Shown piece after piece: positions 27,958 to 38,376 of a DNA stretch of 64,000 bases (within the stretch, counting starts at the first letter, position 1; each line of letters begins with the position of its first letter). Both the position numbers and the translations under genes were made by a program. Origin of the DNA: Candidatus Sericytochromatia bacterium (GTDB lineage: Bacteria > Cyanobacteriota > Sericytochromatia > S15B-MN24 > VGJW01); assembly GCA_035285865.1 (NCBI GenBank), contig JAYKHS010000011.1, positions 32,001 to 96,000 of the forward strand. Direction: 5' to 3'. The notes beneath the pieces were generated by a model that worked only from the letters and a program-made list of their open reading frames with translations, made no database searches and was not told the DNA's origin.

Positions 27958-28381
27958 CCCACAGGGCGCGACCCGCTGCCCCGAGGCCGGCTCCCAAAAC
28001 ACGCGCACGAAGCAGGGCCCGCTGCCCCAGTTCGGCGGTGCCTTCGATGACCGGGTCGGCAAGACGCTGCTGAATCTTGCGGGTGGTGTCTGCCGCCACA
28101 CCTGTCACCCGGGCCAGATCCCCGGCAGCATCCCCGAGACGCGTGCCCGCCTGGCGAATCTGCACACCAAGCCCCTCCATCGCCTCGGCCTCACGGGCCA
28201 ACTGATCCAGCATCCGTTCCATGCGATCGACAGCATCGGGCAGACGGCGCATCGTTCGTGCCAGCAACAGCAGGATCCACCCCGCAAGGACAGCTAGGCC
28301 GACGCCGACCCAAGTCAGGACGGCCTCCCCGAGTTGCTGCAGCTCCGAATACGGTGCAGCGGTCAGAGGGACACCAGTCAA
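27860..28381 (-). CDS. Membrane-anchored coiled-coil protein (DUF948-like)
   Basis: N-terminal TM helix followed by a heptad-rich region; TTGA coupling to the upstream ORF. Confidence 0.6.
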   Translation of the reverse strand: MTGVPLTAAPYSELQQLGEAVLTWVGVGLAVLAGWILLLLARTMRRLPDAVDRMERMLDQLAREAEAMEGLGVQIRQAGTRLGDAAGDLARVTGVAADTTRKIQQRLADPVIEGTAELGQRALLRARVLGAGLGAAGRALWVKATEEPRPPAGGATTAPTLEGPESGRQPRQQ

Positions 28382-28836
28382 CGGGAGAGCGCTTCCTGCT
28401 GCCGTTGCCGCGCTTCGGCAACTTGGTCGGCCAGAAGACGTTGCCGATCCCGTTCGCGTTCCCGAGCGGCTTGCTGCCGCATGCGCTCCGGCACCTGGGC
28501 GCGCTCGCGCTCATCATCCTCCTCACGCTGGGCGTCGGCCTTCGCCCGCGACTTGGCCACAACGGCGGATGCCAGATTCTGGGCCCAGCGCACCAAGGGC
28601 TCAAATGGCTTGACGAGCGCATCCCGGAGCGTCCTGCCGATACGCTTCAGGGTCCCGAAGAACCCGGACTCGGAAACCGATGGAGCGACCGAGTTCCCCT
28701 GCAGTTCAAGTCCGCTTGCGTAACGACCGGGAAGCCAGTCGGTGAGGCCTGCCAAAGCCCTTGTCAGCGCGCGAAGCCGAGCCACGGGACGACCCTGGGC
28801 AGGTCCCGTCTGGGGGCGAACATCATCGGCAAGCAT
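28378..28836 (-). CDS. Hypothetical protein with charged coiled-coil C-terminus (start uncertain; GTG 28785 possible)
   Basis: ORF fills the gap and is coupled to the downstream gene. Confidence 0.55.
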   Translation of the reverse strand: MLADDVRPQTGPAQGRPVARLRALTRALAGLTDWLPGRYASGLELQGNSVAPSVSESGFFGTLKRIGRTLRDALVKPFEPLVRWAQNLASAVVAKSRAKADAQREEDDERERAQVPERMRQQAARERERDRQRLLADQVAEARQRQQEALSR

Positions 28837-28883
28837 CTTGGTCAGTTATACCCGCCACGGCCTGCAAACTGACGCCGGTGACC

Positions 28884-31574
28884 TCAGAGCCACTTCGGGA
28901 ACCACACGTGCTTGTGGTAGTACCACCAAGGAATCGGCCAACCGGCGAGCAGCGGATAGAAGAACAGGAAGAGCCCGACGACCACCGCCAGATAGATCGG
29001 TGGCAAGAAGGCCGTCGGCCGATGACGCCACAGCCTGTCGAGCACGAAAGCCAGCAGCATGCAGGTGAACGGGATCGCCTCGAACATGTAGTGCAGGAAC
29101 ACCAGGGCCCGCGGCTCCACCCCCCAGGCCAACCACAAGCCCAGCGCAAAGGCGGCAGGAAGGCCAAACCGCCAGTCAAGCTTGCGGAAAGCCACCCACG
29201 TGGCCCCGAGCACGATTGGCAGATAAGCCCACCAGATGGCCGGATTACCGATGGCGACAATGCCGCCGACGGTCCCGTCCTTGAAGTCCTTGAACCAGTA
29301 CCAGGTGGGTCGGTAAAGCAAGGGCCACGTCCACCACGAGGACTGGTAGTTGTGACTCGCCGTCATGTCCGCGTGATAGTGGTACATCCGGCCCTGCAGA
29401 TCCCAGAGGTCGCGCAGCGTGTGCTCCGGATGCTGGATGAACCAGGGGATGTAGCTCGCGGCGTAAACCATGACCGGGACCACCCCGGCGAACACGACGA
29501 GCCGTGCCAGCAGACGCGGACCCAGTCCGTCGGGGTCACCGACCCGGCGATAACGGACGGCCTCGAAGAGCAACAGGAAAACGCCGATGCCCCACGCGTA
29601 GATGGCAGACCAGCGGCTGGCTACGGCAGCCCCCATGGACAGGCCCCAAAGGAGCAAGGGGCCCTCCGCCGCCAGCAAGGCACCCAGCCGTCCGGGCCCG
29701 GCCAACGCAAGGTGCCTTGACCGGGGGGGCTGATCGGGCAGCCACAGTCGGACGGGACTGCGCAGCGCCCACTGCCACAGGGACCAGGCCCCGAGGCACA
29801 GGAACAGCACCACGAAGATGTTGGTCATGGCGACCCTGCTCTGCACGAAGAAGACCCCATCCATGGCCAGCAGAAGCACCGCCAGCAGGGCCACGCGCCT
29901 TTGCCCGAAAATCTGGCGGGTCAGGGCATAGACGACGATCAGTGTGGCAGCACCCGCCAGCAGGCTGGCAATGCGCCATCCCCAAGCATCGGGCGTCCCC
30001 GTGATGACCAGAGCCAAGGCAATCGCCAGTTTGCCAAGATGGGGATGGGTCCACTCATAAGGTTCGACTCCGTCAACGAATTCCTTGGCGGTACGCGCGT
30101 GATAGACCTCGTCGAAGATCTGCTCATTGGGCAGGCCAAGGCGGACGGCACCGAGCGCGAGGAAGGCAAGGGCCACGCCAAGCATCCAGCGCGTATCCAG
30201 TGGCGTCCACGGCTCACGCGCTGGCGCGAGGACAGGTGTCCCCCTGCGGACCTGGCGCAGATTCATGGCAAGCAAAGCCTGGTGCCAGAAGCGACGCGGG
30301 GGAGCGTCGACGGGAAGCAGAAGACGGCCGAGCAAGTCACCGAACGCGAACATGGCGACGAGGACACAAGCAAGGGTCAGCTCCGGCTCGAAAGCCTCGC
30401 GGACGCCCCCCCACCACGGTCCCGGCGGGTGGTACAGCCCGAAGGCATAGACAAGGTTGGCCGTCGCCACGGCGGTCAGGACGACCCAGTGCAGGCGGAT
30501 TCTCGCGTTCACGGCCGCCGCCACGGTCAGCAGGCCAAGTCCGAGGAAGATGTATCGCTCGTGCATCCGCGTGGAGAGCAGGAAACACGCGAGCGGCACG
30601 ACCGCCATCAACAGGTCAGCTCGAGCCAGACTGGGCGTCTGCCGAGCCTCGAGCAGCTTCCAGACGAGCAAGCCGACCAAGAGGCCAAGCAGGATGATTC
30701 CCCAAGCCGCATGCGGGATGCCGATCAACTTGCGACTATCCGGTTGCCACATGCCTGTCGCGGCCCAGAGGTTGAAAGCATTGACCGAGCTGTGGGGGTA
30801 GGTGGAGGCCGTTGCCGCAAGTTTCTCGCGCATGAACACGAAGGGACCGACAAGCCCGGCATGCGCCTTGCCGAGCAGCGTGAAAGGCAGAATCAAGGCA
30901 TAAGCGAGACCCGCCCCCTTGCCGATGGAACGCAGCCAATCCCGCAACGGTGCGACGGGACCGCCGGCCAGCAGAAACATCGGCGCCACGAAGACGGCCT
31001 GTGGCTTGATCAGGGCCGCCACGGCAAGCACGAGCAAGGCGTGGTCGAGCCGACCCGCACGACGCAACACCCACGCCCACGCCACGACAGCCAGCAGGAC
31101 GGCGTCCATCTGCCCCCAGAAGGCCGAAACGCCCCAACTAAGGGGGGAGAGCAGCCAGGCTGCGGCCATCCAGTTGCGCGCGCGCGGCCCGATCCGTCCG
31201 TCCGTCAGACGCAGGAATGCCGCAAGAACCGCGAAGTCAGCCACGACACCCGGGAGCTTAATGAGGAAGCGCGTGATGTAGGCACCTGCAGGCGTGCCAC
31301 CGACCACCCCTTGCAGAAGCGCATCAACCATCCCGAGCAGGCCCAGCAAGTACAGATAGGCCGGCGTGTAGTCGCACCAGATGGTGTCGTAGAAGTGCCA
31401 CGGACCCTCGTGCGCGAGCTTGTACGCCCACGCGTGGAATGTCCTGACGTCGGCCTCGAAGCCGGGTGCGACGACCATCAGCACGAGTCGACCCAGGACG
31501 GCAGCCACCATCAAGGTTGCGGGCAGCCCCGGGAAGAAGGCGCGCAGAGACAGGGCTTGCAGAACGGGATTCAA
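28884..31574 (-). CDS. Two-module GT-C membrane glycosyltransferase: N-terminal GT87/PIG-M-like plus C-terminal protein O-mannosyltransferase (PMT/GT39)
   Basis: N-half [22 protein letters not shown]-half [46 protein letters not shown] overlaps the rph stop. Confidence 0.85.
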   Translation of the reverse strand: MNPVLQALSLRAFFPGLPATLMVAAVLGRLVLMVVAPGFEADVRTFHAWAYKLAHEGPWHFYDTIWCDYTPAYLYLLGLLGMVDALLQGVVGGTPAGAYITRFLIKLPGVVADFAVLAAFLRLTDGRIGPRARNWMAAAWLLSPLSWGVSAFWGQMDAVLLAVVAWAWVLRRAGRLDHALLVLAVAALIKPQAVFVAPMFLLAGGPVAPLRDWLRSIGKGAGLAYALILPFTLLGKAHAGLVGPFVFMREKLAATASTYPHSSVNAFNLWAATGMWQPDSRKLIGIPHAAWGIILLGLLVGLLVWKLLEARQTPSLARADLLMAVVPLACFLLSTRMHERYIFLGLGLLTVAAAVNARIRLHWVVLTAVATANLVYAFGLYHPPGPWWGGVREAFEPELTLACVLVAMFAFGDLLGRLLLPVDAPPRRFWHQALLAMNLRQVRRGTPVLAPAREPWTPLDTRWMLGVALAFLALGAVRLGLPNEQIFDEVYHARTAKEFVDGVEPYEWTHPHLGKLAIALALVITGTPDAWGWRIASLLAGAATLIVVYALTRQIFGQRRVALLAVLLLAMDGVFFVQSRVAMTNIFVVLFLCLGAWSLWQWALRSPVRLWLPDQPPRSRHLALAGPGRLGALLAAEGPLLLWGLSMGAAVASRWSAIYAWGIGVFLLLFEAVRYRRVGDPDGLGPRLLARLVVFAGVVPVMVYAASYIPWFIQHPEHTLRDLWDLQGRMYHYHADMTASHNYQSSWWTWPLLYRPTWYWFKDFKDGTVGGIVAIGNPAIWWAYLPIVLGATWVAFRKLDWRFGLPAAFALGLWLAWGVEPRALVFLHYMFEAIPFTCMLLAFVLDRLWRHRPTAFLPPIYLAVVVGLFLFFYPLLAGWPIPWWYYHKHVWFPKWL

Positions 31575-32311
31575 CGCCCGCTCTCCCCGCCTTCGGCGAG
31601 ACTGGCACGCTGCAGACCCCACAGCGTTCGCAGCCCACCGTGAGCCAGTTCGAGCAGGCCATCCATCTCGGACTTGGCCATCGCACGACCCTCCGCCGTG
31701 AAACCGACCTCGATCAGGCGACCGCTGCCCATCATGACGACCGTGCCATCCACCCCGGCTTCCCGATCCTCGTGATAGCAGAGGTCCAGGACGGGGTCGC
31801 CCCGGAAGATGCCGACGGAGACCGCCGCAATGGGCTCGACGGCCGGCATCTGCTTCAACATGCCCTTGGCGACCATCCAGGACAAGGCGTCATGCAGCGC
31901 GATCCACGCACCGGTGATCGAGGCAGTCCGGGTTCCGCCATCGGCCTGCAGGACATCGCAGTCCAAGGTGATCGTCCGCTCGCCCAACGCGGCCAGGTCG
32001 ACGGCCATCCGGAGCGAACGCCCGATGAGCCGCTGGATTTCCTGAGTCCTTCCGGAGACCTTGCCATCACGCTCACGTCCGGAACGATCGTGAGTCGCCC
32101 GCGGCAACATGGCATACTCGGCCGTTATCCAGCCCTCGCCGGGGCGCTGCTCTCGGCTCCATGCCGGAACCTTGTCCTGAACCGACGCGTTGCAGAGGAC
32201 ACGAGTGTCCCCGAACTCGGCCAGTACCGAACCTTCGGCGTGGCGAATGAAGCCGCGGGTAAACCGGACGTCACGAAGCTGGTCGGGTTGTCTGCCATCG
32301 ATTCGGATCAC
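31571..32311 (-). CDS. rph: Ribonuclease PH
   Basis: [55 protein letters not shown] with GTG start. Confidence 0.97.
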   Translation of the reverse strand: MIRIDGRQPDQLRDVRFTRGFIRHAEGSVLAEFGDTRVLCNASVQDKVPAWSREQRPGEGWITAEYAMLPRATHDRSGRERDGKVSGRTQEIQRLIGRSLRMAVDLAALGERTITLDCDVLQADGGTRTASITGAWIALHDALSWMVAKGMLKQMPAVEPIAAVSVGIFRGDPVLDLCYHEDREAGVDGTVVMMGSGRLIEVGFTAEGRAMAKSEMDGLLELAHGGLRTLWGLQRASLAEGGESGR

Positions 32312-32438
32312 GGTATCCTCCGGCGCACAAGGATAAGCGATACGCCATGGCCGTGCAAACGGCTTGACGATGCGCGAGATGGCGTGGGATACCAAGCGCG
32401 CGGTCCCGATGGCGGGCCCGCACGACGAGGAGGTCGTC

Positions 32439-34457
32439 ATGGATCCCATCCACCCTTCCCTTGCAGATCTGAAGACAGTGGGAGTCGTCGGTGGCGGGGC
32501 CATGGGCTCCGGCATCGCCCATGTCTGCGCGGCTGCCGGATTCGAGGTCCTGATCGCGGATGCCTCGGCCGAGATGCGCGAGAAGGGTGTCCAGCATGCA
32601 CGTGACCTCTTCGCCCGCAAGGTCAAGAAGGGGCAGATGGATGCCACGGAGGCAGCGCAGGCTGCAAGCCGCATCCGTCCTGCCGAGGGTCTGGAGGCGC
32701 TCGCCGGTGCCCAGTTGGTCATCGAGGCCGTCACGGAGCGGCTCGAGGTCAAGCTTGAAGTCTTCCGCACACTGGATGCCCTGTTGCCTCCCGAGGCACT
32801 CATCGCTTCCAATACGAGTGCTCTGCCCATACGCAGCCTCGCTGGCGCCACGGGCCGTCCGGGTCAGGTCCTAGGCCTGCACTTCTTCAACCCCGCCCCG
32901 GTCATGGCTCTGGTCGAGGTGATCGCCCATCCTGACGTCTCGGATGACACGATGACCAAGGGCATGGCTTTCTGCAAGGCCATCGGCAAGCAAGCCGTGC
33001 GCATCGGGACCGATTCGGCAGGTTTCCTCGTCAACCGCCTCCTGCTCAGCTTCATGAACGAAGCGGTCCACATGCTCGAGGAGCATGGGCCTGACGCGCT
33101 GGAAGCCATCGAAGTCATGACGGCGACGCGCGGATTCCCGATGGGCCCGTTCACGCTGGCCGACCTCGTCGGCATCGAAGTCTGCGTGCACGTCCTCGAT
33201 ACGCTTCAGGAGGCCTTCGGCGATGCCTATCCCCGGAACCGCCTGCTGGACCTGATGGTTGCCTCAGGCCGTTACGGGCAGAAGCGCGGCAAGGGCTTCA
33301 GAGCCTATGACGGCCAGGCGGACGACTGGCTTGCTGACACGCTTGCGGCCCTTCCTGCTCCGGCGCACGCCGGCCCGCTGTCCTTCTCGCGCCTCATGCT
33401 GGCGATGACGGCAGAGGCCGGGCGCATGCTGGACGAGGGCATCGTGGAGGTGGCCGACATCGACCTTGCCATGAAGCTGGGTACTGGCCTCGAGACCGGG
33501 CCCATGGCGTGGATCGACGGGCAGGGCGTGGATGCCGTGATCAAGGAGCTCGAGACGCTTGCCCCACTCGGTCCGCGATTCCGGACTCCGGACTCCCTGA
33601 CACGGGCACTTCGCGAGGGGAGGACGGGCAGAGGGGCCGCGGGCATGCTGCCGCCACCGGTGGTCAAGCCTCCTCGGGAGCTGGTCAAGGTTCGGGTCGA
33701 GGACGGCGTGGCCGTGCTGGGGCTTTGCAACCCTCCGGCGAACGTCCTTTCAACGGCGATGCTGGAAGCCATCGACCGCTCCATCAAGGCTGCAGCAGGC
33801 AACCCTGCCGTGAAGGCGATCGTCCTCGTCGGCCAAGGCAAGCCGGGCTTCTTCGTGGCCGGTGCCGACATCAAGGAGATCGGCCGCCTCGAGGGTACGG
33901 TGGATACCGAGCGCCTGCTTCAGCAGGCCCACGCCATCTTCCAAGGGATCTGGAATGCCCCCGTGCCGGTCATCGCGGCCATCAACGGATGGTGTCTGGG
34001 TGGAGGTCTCGAGCTGGCGCTTTCTTGCCATCTGCGCGTGGCCTCGGCCTCGGCCATGATCGGCCTGCCCGAAGTCACGCTGGGCATCATCCCGGGCTTC
34101 GGGGGAACCCAGCGCCTCGCTCGGCTGGTCGGGGCATCGCGCGCCCTCGAGCTCACGCTCGCCGGCACGCACATCACCGCTGAGGAGGCTGGGCGAATCG
34201 GGCTCGTGAACCGGGTTGTCCCGGAAGAGGAAATCGAGGCAAGTGCCCTGGCGCTGGGCAAGGGCCTTGCTGCACGCGGGCGAGTGGCCCTCGGAGCCAT
34301 CCTCAAGGCCGTCCGCACGGGGCTCGAGCAGCCGTTGGAGGACGGCCTGAGTACGGAGGTGGGACAGTTCGTTCGCGTGATGGACACCCACGACCGCATG
34401 GTCGGAGTCTCGGCGTTCCTGCGCGGTGACAAGAACCCGCGCTTCACGGATCGCTGA
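32439..34457 (+). CDS. 3-hydroxyacyl-CoA dehydrogenase / enoyl-CoA hydratase fusion (dehydrogenase first)
   Basis: [28 protein letters not shown]; then [39 protein letters not shown]. Confidence 0.93.
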   Translation: MDPIHPSLADLKTVGVVGGGAMGSGIAHVCAAAGFEVLIADASAEMREKGVQHARDLFARKVKKGQMDATEAAQAASRIRPAEGLEALAGAQLVIEAVTERLEVKLEVFRTLDALLPPEALIASNTSALPIRSLAGATGRPGQVLGLHFFNPAPVMALVEVIAHPDVSDDTMTKGMAFCKAIGKQAVRIGTDSAGFLVNRLLLSFMNEAVHMLEEHGPDALEAIEVMTATRGFPMGPFTLADLVGIEVCVHVLDTLQEAFGDAYPRNRLLDLMVASGRYGQKRGKGFRAYDGQADDWLADTLAALPAPAHAGPLSFSRLMLAMTAEAGRMLDEGIVEVADIDLAMKLGTGLETGPMAWIDGQGVDAVIKELETLAPLGPRFRTPDSLTRALREGRTGRGAAGMLPPPVVKPPRELVKVRVEDGVAVLGLCNPPANVLSTAMLEAIDRSIKAAAGNPAVKAIVLVGQGKPGFFVAGADIKEIGRLEGTVDTERLLQQAHAIFQGIWNAPVPVIAAINGWCLGGGLELALSCHLRVASASAMIGLPEVTLGIIPGFGGTQRLARLVGASRALELTLAGTHITAEEAGRIGLVNRVVPEEEIEASALALGKGLAARGRVALGAILKAVRTGLEQPLEDGLSTEVGQFVRVMDTHDRMVGVSAFLRGDKNPRFTDR

Positions 34458-34465
34458 CCCGTGTC

Positions 34466-34509
34466 TTAACCTCATGTTGACGCAAGCTTGAGGCCATCAA
34501 AGCCGACAA
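34466..34509 (+). promoter_or_regulatory. 11-bp periodic box plus sigma28-like -10
   Basis: TTAAC 34466, TTGAC 34477, TTGAG 34488; GCCGACAA at 34502-34509. Confidence 0.55.
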
Positions 34510-34537
34510 GATCAGCGTGAACGAGAGGGAGTCGACC

Positions 34538-35248
34538 ATGAAGCCGTTTCGCGAGGCCCTGATGGTAACCTTGGCCACCACCCTGCTGGGGTGCGGTCAG
34601 GCACAGATGCCGTCGCTGGCGGCGCGGTCGGCCGCACAGCCCCAGGGCATGGCCACCATGTCCGCTGCGCGCCAGCAGGAACTGGCGCGACTCGACTCCG
34701 AAGAACTCACGGACAGCCCCCTAGGTGAAGTCCACGCCGACAGCCTGTGGCCCTCGCCACCGCCCGACGACCTCGGCAACGTCGGTGAAGTCGACGCTCA
34801 CCTGCTTCGCGGAGCCCGACCGACCGCCAGGGGCGTCCAGATGCTCAAGGAGCGTGGCGTGACCCACGTCATCTCCCTCGAAAATGCCAAGAAGGTCGTG
34901 GCTGCGGAAAAAGCCATGGTCGAGGGCGCCGGCATGCGCTTCACCAGCCTGCCGATGGGCCTGTTCATCCCGCCCGGCGAGGCCAAGGTGGACCGTTTCC
35001 TCGGCATGGTCCGACACGCCGACGGCGGCAAGACTTACTTCCATTGCATGCAGGGTCGGGACCGGACCGGCACGATGGCGTTGGCCTATCGGGTCCGCAT
35101 GCAGGGCTGGAGCTTCGACAAGGCGTACGCCGAGATGAAGCAGTTCGGCTTCCACACGTACTTGCTGGGCCTGAACGGCTTCGTGCGCTGGTACGGCAAC
35201 AAGTACGACCACTCGGACGTCGACGGGGCGATGCTTCCCGCCCTCTAG
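34538..35248 (+). CDS. Lipoprotein with Cys-based (PTP/dual-specificity-like) phosphatase domain
   Basis: LLGC lipobox; RGARP; P-loop HCMQGRDRTG. Confidence 0.88.
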   Translation: MKPFREALMVTLATTLLGCGQAQMPSLAARSAAQPQGMATMSAARQQELARLDSEELTDSPLGEVHADSLWPSPPPDDLGNVGEVDAHLLRGARPTARGVQMLKERGVTHVISLENAKKVVAAEKAMVEGAGMRFTSLPMGLFIPPGEAKVDRFLGMVRHADGGKTYFHCMQGRDRTGTMALAYRVRMQGWSFDKAYAEMKQFGFHTYLLGLNGFVRWYGNKYDHSDVDGAMLPAL

Positions 35249-35258
35249 TCCACCGGGC

Positions 35259-35660
35259 TCAGGCGTACATGTCGATCTGACGGCCCAGGGGAGACTGCTG
35301 TTCTTCCTTGGGCAGTCTCGCGCGCAACAGTTCCGTGGCGGGTGCGGAGAGCGACACCAGGTAAGCCGGACCGGGGTCCGGGAGCCGACGACTGCGCGCT
35401 TCGCGTTCCTCATCGGCGACGATGCGGGCTTCCTCTGCCCTGCGCACCGCCTCGACCTCGCGCCGCTCGCGCAGACGAACCACGAGGCGCTCCCGGTCCT
35501 CGGCCTCAAGCCTGTCACGAACCTCCAGCTTGCGGGCTTCATCGCGCCGGGCCTGTGGCGTGCCGTAGCGCGGCTGGCTCTGTGCCTGCCACTGTGGCGG
35601 CACGACGGGCTCTTGCGAGCGCTCCACCCTTGCTTGCATCCGCGATGCTCCCCAGGTCAT
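35259..35660 (-). CDS. Hypothetical protein ending in a GxxIDxxA motif
   Basis: Charged helix, YLVSLS, C-terminal LGRQIDMYA. Confidence 0.65.
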   Translation of the reverse strand: MTWGASRMQARVERSQEPVVPPQWQAQSQPRYGTPQARRDEARKLEVRDRLEAEDRERLVVRLRERREVEAVRRAEEARIVADEEREARSRRLPDPGPAYLVSLSAPATELLRARLPKEEQQSPLGRQIDMYA

Positions 35661-35733
35661 GGTACCCCGAAACCTGATCGGTTGGTCATCCCTGCTCTGG
35701 TACCATGCTAGGCCAGTACGGGAGGACAGCCCC

Positions 35734-38322
35734 ATGGCCCTGGCAGCAGCCGAGATCCGCAAGCGGTTCATCGCCTACTTCGAGGCACGTACGCATCGCA
35801 CGATGCCCAGTTCCTCCCTGGTGCCCCACAAGGATCCGACAGTCCTGCTGACGACTGCCGGCATGATGCCCTTCAAACCCTACTTCATGGGCCTCGAGAC
35901 GCCTCCGGCCACGCGCCTGACCTCCATCCAGAAGTGTTTCCGGACCACGGATCTCGACCAAGTGGGACGCACCGCCCGGCATCACACGTTCTTCGAGATG
36001 CTGGGCAACTTCAGTTTCGGCGATTACTTCAAGGCGGAGGTCATCCCGTGGGCCTGGGCCTTCCTGACCGAGGAGCTTGGCCTGCCCCGGGAACGCCTGT
36101 GGGTCACGGTCTACAAGGACGATGACGAGGCCGAATCCATATGGCACAAGACGTGTGGCATCCCGATGGAGCGGATTGTCAGGCTGGGAGACGACACGAA
36201 CTTCTGGGCTGCAGGCCCGACCGGACCGTGCGGACCGTGCTCGGAAATCTACTACGACCACGAGCCGGACCAACCGGCCTCGGCCGAGCGGTTCGAGGAG
36301 GATAGCGATCGAGGGCGCTTCCTCGAGGTCTGGAATCTTGTCTTCATGCAGTACGAGCGCCTGGCGGACGGCACCATGCGCGATCTGCCCGCGCGCAACA
36401 TCGACACCGGCATGGGCCTCGAGCGCATCGCCAGTGTCCTGCAGGGCGTGTCGAGCAACTACGAGACCGACCTGCTCATGCCGCTGATGCAAGCCGTCGC
36501 CGAGCGTGCCGGCAGGCCCGTCGACCTCACCGGCGAAACGGGAGTCGCTTTCCGCCGCATTGCCGACCACGCGCGCGCCAGCACCTTCCTGGTGGCCGAT
36601 GGCGTCGTTCCGGGCAACGAGGGCCGAGGCTACGTCCTGCGGCGCATCCTGCGCAGGGCCATCCGGCACGGACGCCAGTTGGGCATCACGGGCGCCTTCG
36701 TGCGGGACCTCGCCATCCGGGTGATTTCTGCCTATGGCCATCACTACGGCGAGCTGGTCGAAAAGCAGGCGACCATCCTGGAAGTTCTCGAGGCCGAGGA
36801 GGCGCGGTTCGGTACAACCCTCGACCGCGGGCTGCTGCTGTTCGAAAAGGCCATCGGACGGCTTGAGGGTTCGACTCTGTCCGGCGCAACGGCCTTCGAG
36901 CTTTTCGACACCTATGGATTCCCTGTCGAGCTCACGGCGGAGCTCGCTGCGGAGCGTGGCCTCGAAGTCGATCGTGCAGGTTTCGATGCCGCCATGGACG
37001 AGCAGCGCCAGCGTGCGCGTGATGCCCACGCCAAGGCCGGCATCACCTATGGTGGCTTGGCCATCGGCCAGCATCCTCCTACGCAGTTCGTCGGGTACGA
37101 CGCCACCGAGACCCGCGCACGTGTCCTCGAGATCGTGGAAGGCGACAGCGGCGCCATCATCGTGCTCGACCGCAGCCCGTTCTATGCCGAGGGCGGCGGG
37201 CAGGTCGGCGACCAGGGCACCCTGGCCGGCTTGCGCGTCGTCGACACCCAGAAACAGGGCGACGTCCACGTGCACCATGTCGCGGCAACCGAAGGGCTGC
37301 CCGGAGTCGGCGACGTCGTTGACGCGGTGGTGGATGACGCACGGCGCAAGGCCACCATGCGCCACCATACGGCCACCCACCTGCTGCATGCGGGTCTGCA
37401 CGCCGTTCTGGGGCCCACGGCGACCCAGGCAGGCTCCTACGTCGGTCCGGACGAGCTCCGTTTCGACTTCCAGTGGAGCCGCGCGATGACGGCAGAGGAA
37501 GTCATGGCAGTCGAAGACTGGGTCAATCAGGCCATCCTGACGGCAAGTCGGGTCAACCGTGCGGAGATGTCGATGGCGGAGGCCCGCGCCAAGGGAGCCG
37601 TGGCGATGTTCGGCGAGAAGTACGGTGAACAGGTCCGAGTGATCGAGGTACCTGGCCTCTCCACGGAGCTCTGCGGCGGAACGCACGCCACCTCGACCGG
37701 GGAAATCGGCTACCTCAAGATCACCGAGGAAAAGGGAATTGCTGCGGGAGTTCGTCGCATCCGAGCCGTGGCAGGCATGGCAGCCGTCCATTGGGTGCGC
37801 CAGCAGGCAGAGGTCGTCGACATCCTGCGCGACGGCTTCAAGGTATCCGTCGAGGCCCTGCCGGAGCGTGTCCAGAAGCTGCGCGATCAGGTCCGTGCCG
37901 CCGAAGATGCGGCGCAGGATCTGCGCGCCCAACTTGCCGTGAGTCGAGCATCCAGCCTCGCCTCGGACTTTGTCGAGGTCGCGGGCCTGCAGGTACTGGC
38001 TGCGAGGCTGGACGGTTGTGACGGAGCCGCACTCAGGACCTCGGCCATTGACCTTGGCAAGGGCGGACAGCCGCGGGTCGTGCTACTGGCCGGCGTATCC
38101 GCGGACCGGATACAGGCCGTGCTCGTGGCCAACTCCGAAGCCGTGGCACGGGGTGTGCACGCCGGGCAGTTGCTTGGTCAGGTTCTCACGCCCATCGGGG
38201 GCAAGGGCGGAGGCAAGCCCGATGCGGCACAGGGAGGCGGCGGAGACGCCGGTCTGCTGGAAGAGGCTCTGGCGAACTTCGGGACGCTGCTCGCCGGTCG
38301 TCTGGCACCGGCAGGAGCCTGA
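35734..38322 (+). CDS. alaS: Alanine--tRNA ligase
   Basis: HHTFFEMLGNFSFGDYFK, GPCGPCSEIYYD, DTGMGLER, HTATHLLH, ELCGGTH, GGGKPDAAQGGG. Confidence 0.98.
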   Translation: MALAAAEIRKRFIAYFEARTHRTMPSSSLVPHKDPTVLLTTAGMMPFKPYFMGLETPPATRLTSIQKCFRTTDLDQVGRTARHHTFFEMLGNFSFGDYFKAEVIPWAWAFLTEELGLPRERLWVTVYKDDDEAESIWHKTCGIPMERIVRLGDDTNFWAAGPTGPCGPCSEIYYDHEPDQPASAERFEEDSDRGRFLEVWNLVFMQYERLADGTMRDLPARNIDTGMGLERIASVLQGVSSNYETDLLMPLMQAVAERAGRPVDLTGETGVAFRRIADHARASTFLVADGVVPGNEGRGYVLRRILRRAIRHGRQLGITGAFVRDLAIRVISAYGHHYGELVEKQATILEVLEAEEARFGTTLDRGLLLFEKAIGRLEGSTLSGATAFELFDTYGFPVELTAELAAERGLEVDRAGFDAAMDEQRQRARDAHAKAGITYGGLAIGQHPPTQFVGYDATETRARVLEIVEGDSGAIIVLDRSPFYAEGGGQVGDQGTLAGLRVVDTQKQGDVHVHHVAATEGLPGVGDVVDAVVDDARRKATMRHHTATHLLHAGLHAVLGPTATQAGSYVGPDELRFDFQWSRAMTAEEVMAVEDWVNQAILTASRVNRAEMSMAEARAKGAVAMFGEKYGEQVRVIEVPGLSTELCGGTHATSTGEIGYLKITEEKGIAAGVRRIRAVAGMAAVHWVRQQAEVVDILRDGFKVSVEALPERVQKLRDQVRAAEDAAQDLRAQLAVSRASSLASDFVEVAGLQVLAARLDGCDGAALRTSAIDLGKGGQPRVVLLAGVSADRIQAVLVANSEAVARGVHAGQLLGQVLTPIGGKGGGKPDAAQGGGGDAGLLEEALANFGTLLAGRLAPAGA

Positions 38323-38328
38323 ACCGGG

Positions 38329-38372
38329 GAGCGGGGGGCCGACCTTGCGCGCGCAAGGTCGGCCCCCCGCTC
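38329..38372. repeat. Perfect 44-bp palindrome between convergent alaS and hppD (bidirectional terminator-like)
   Basis: GAGCGGGGGGCCGACCTTGCGC|GCGCAAGGTCGGCCCCCCGCTC. Confidence 0.9.
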
Positions 38373-38376
38373 GTCG

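Noticed and set aside
35686..37932. 748-aa minus-strand ORF
   Set aside because: Antisense shadow of alaS with no motifs
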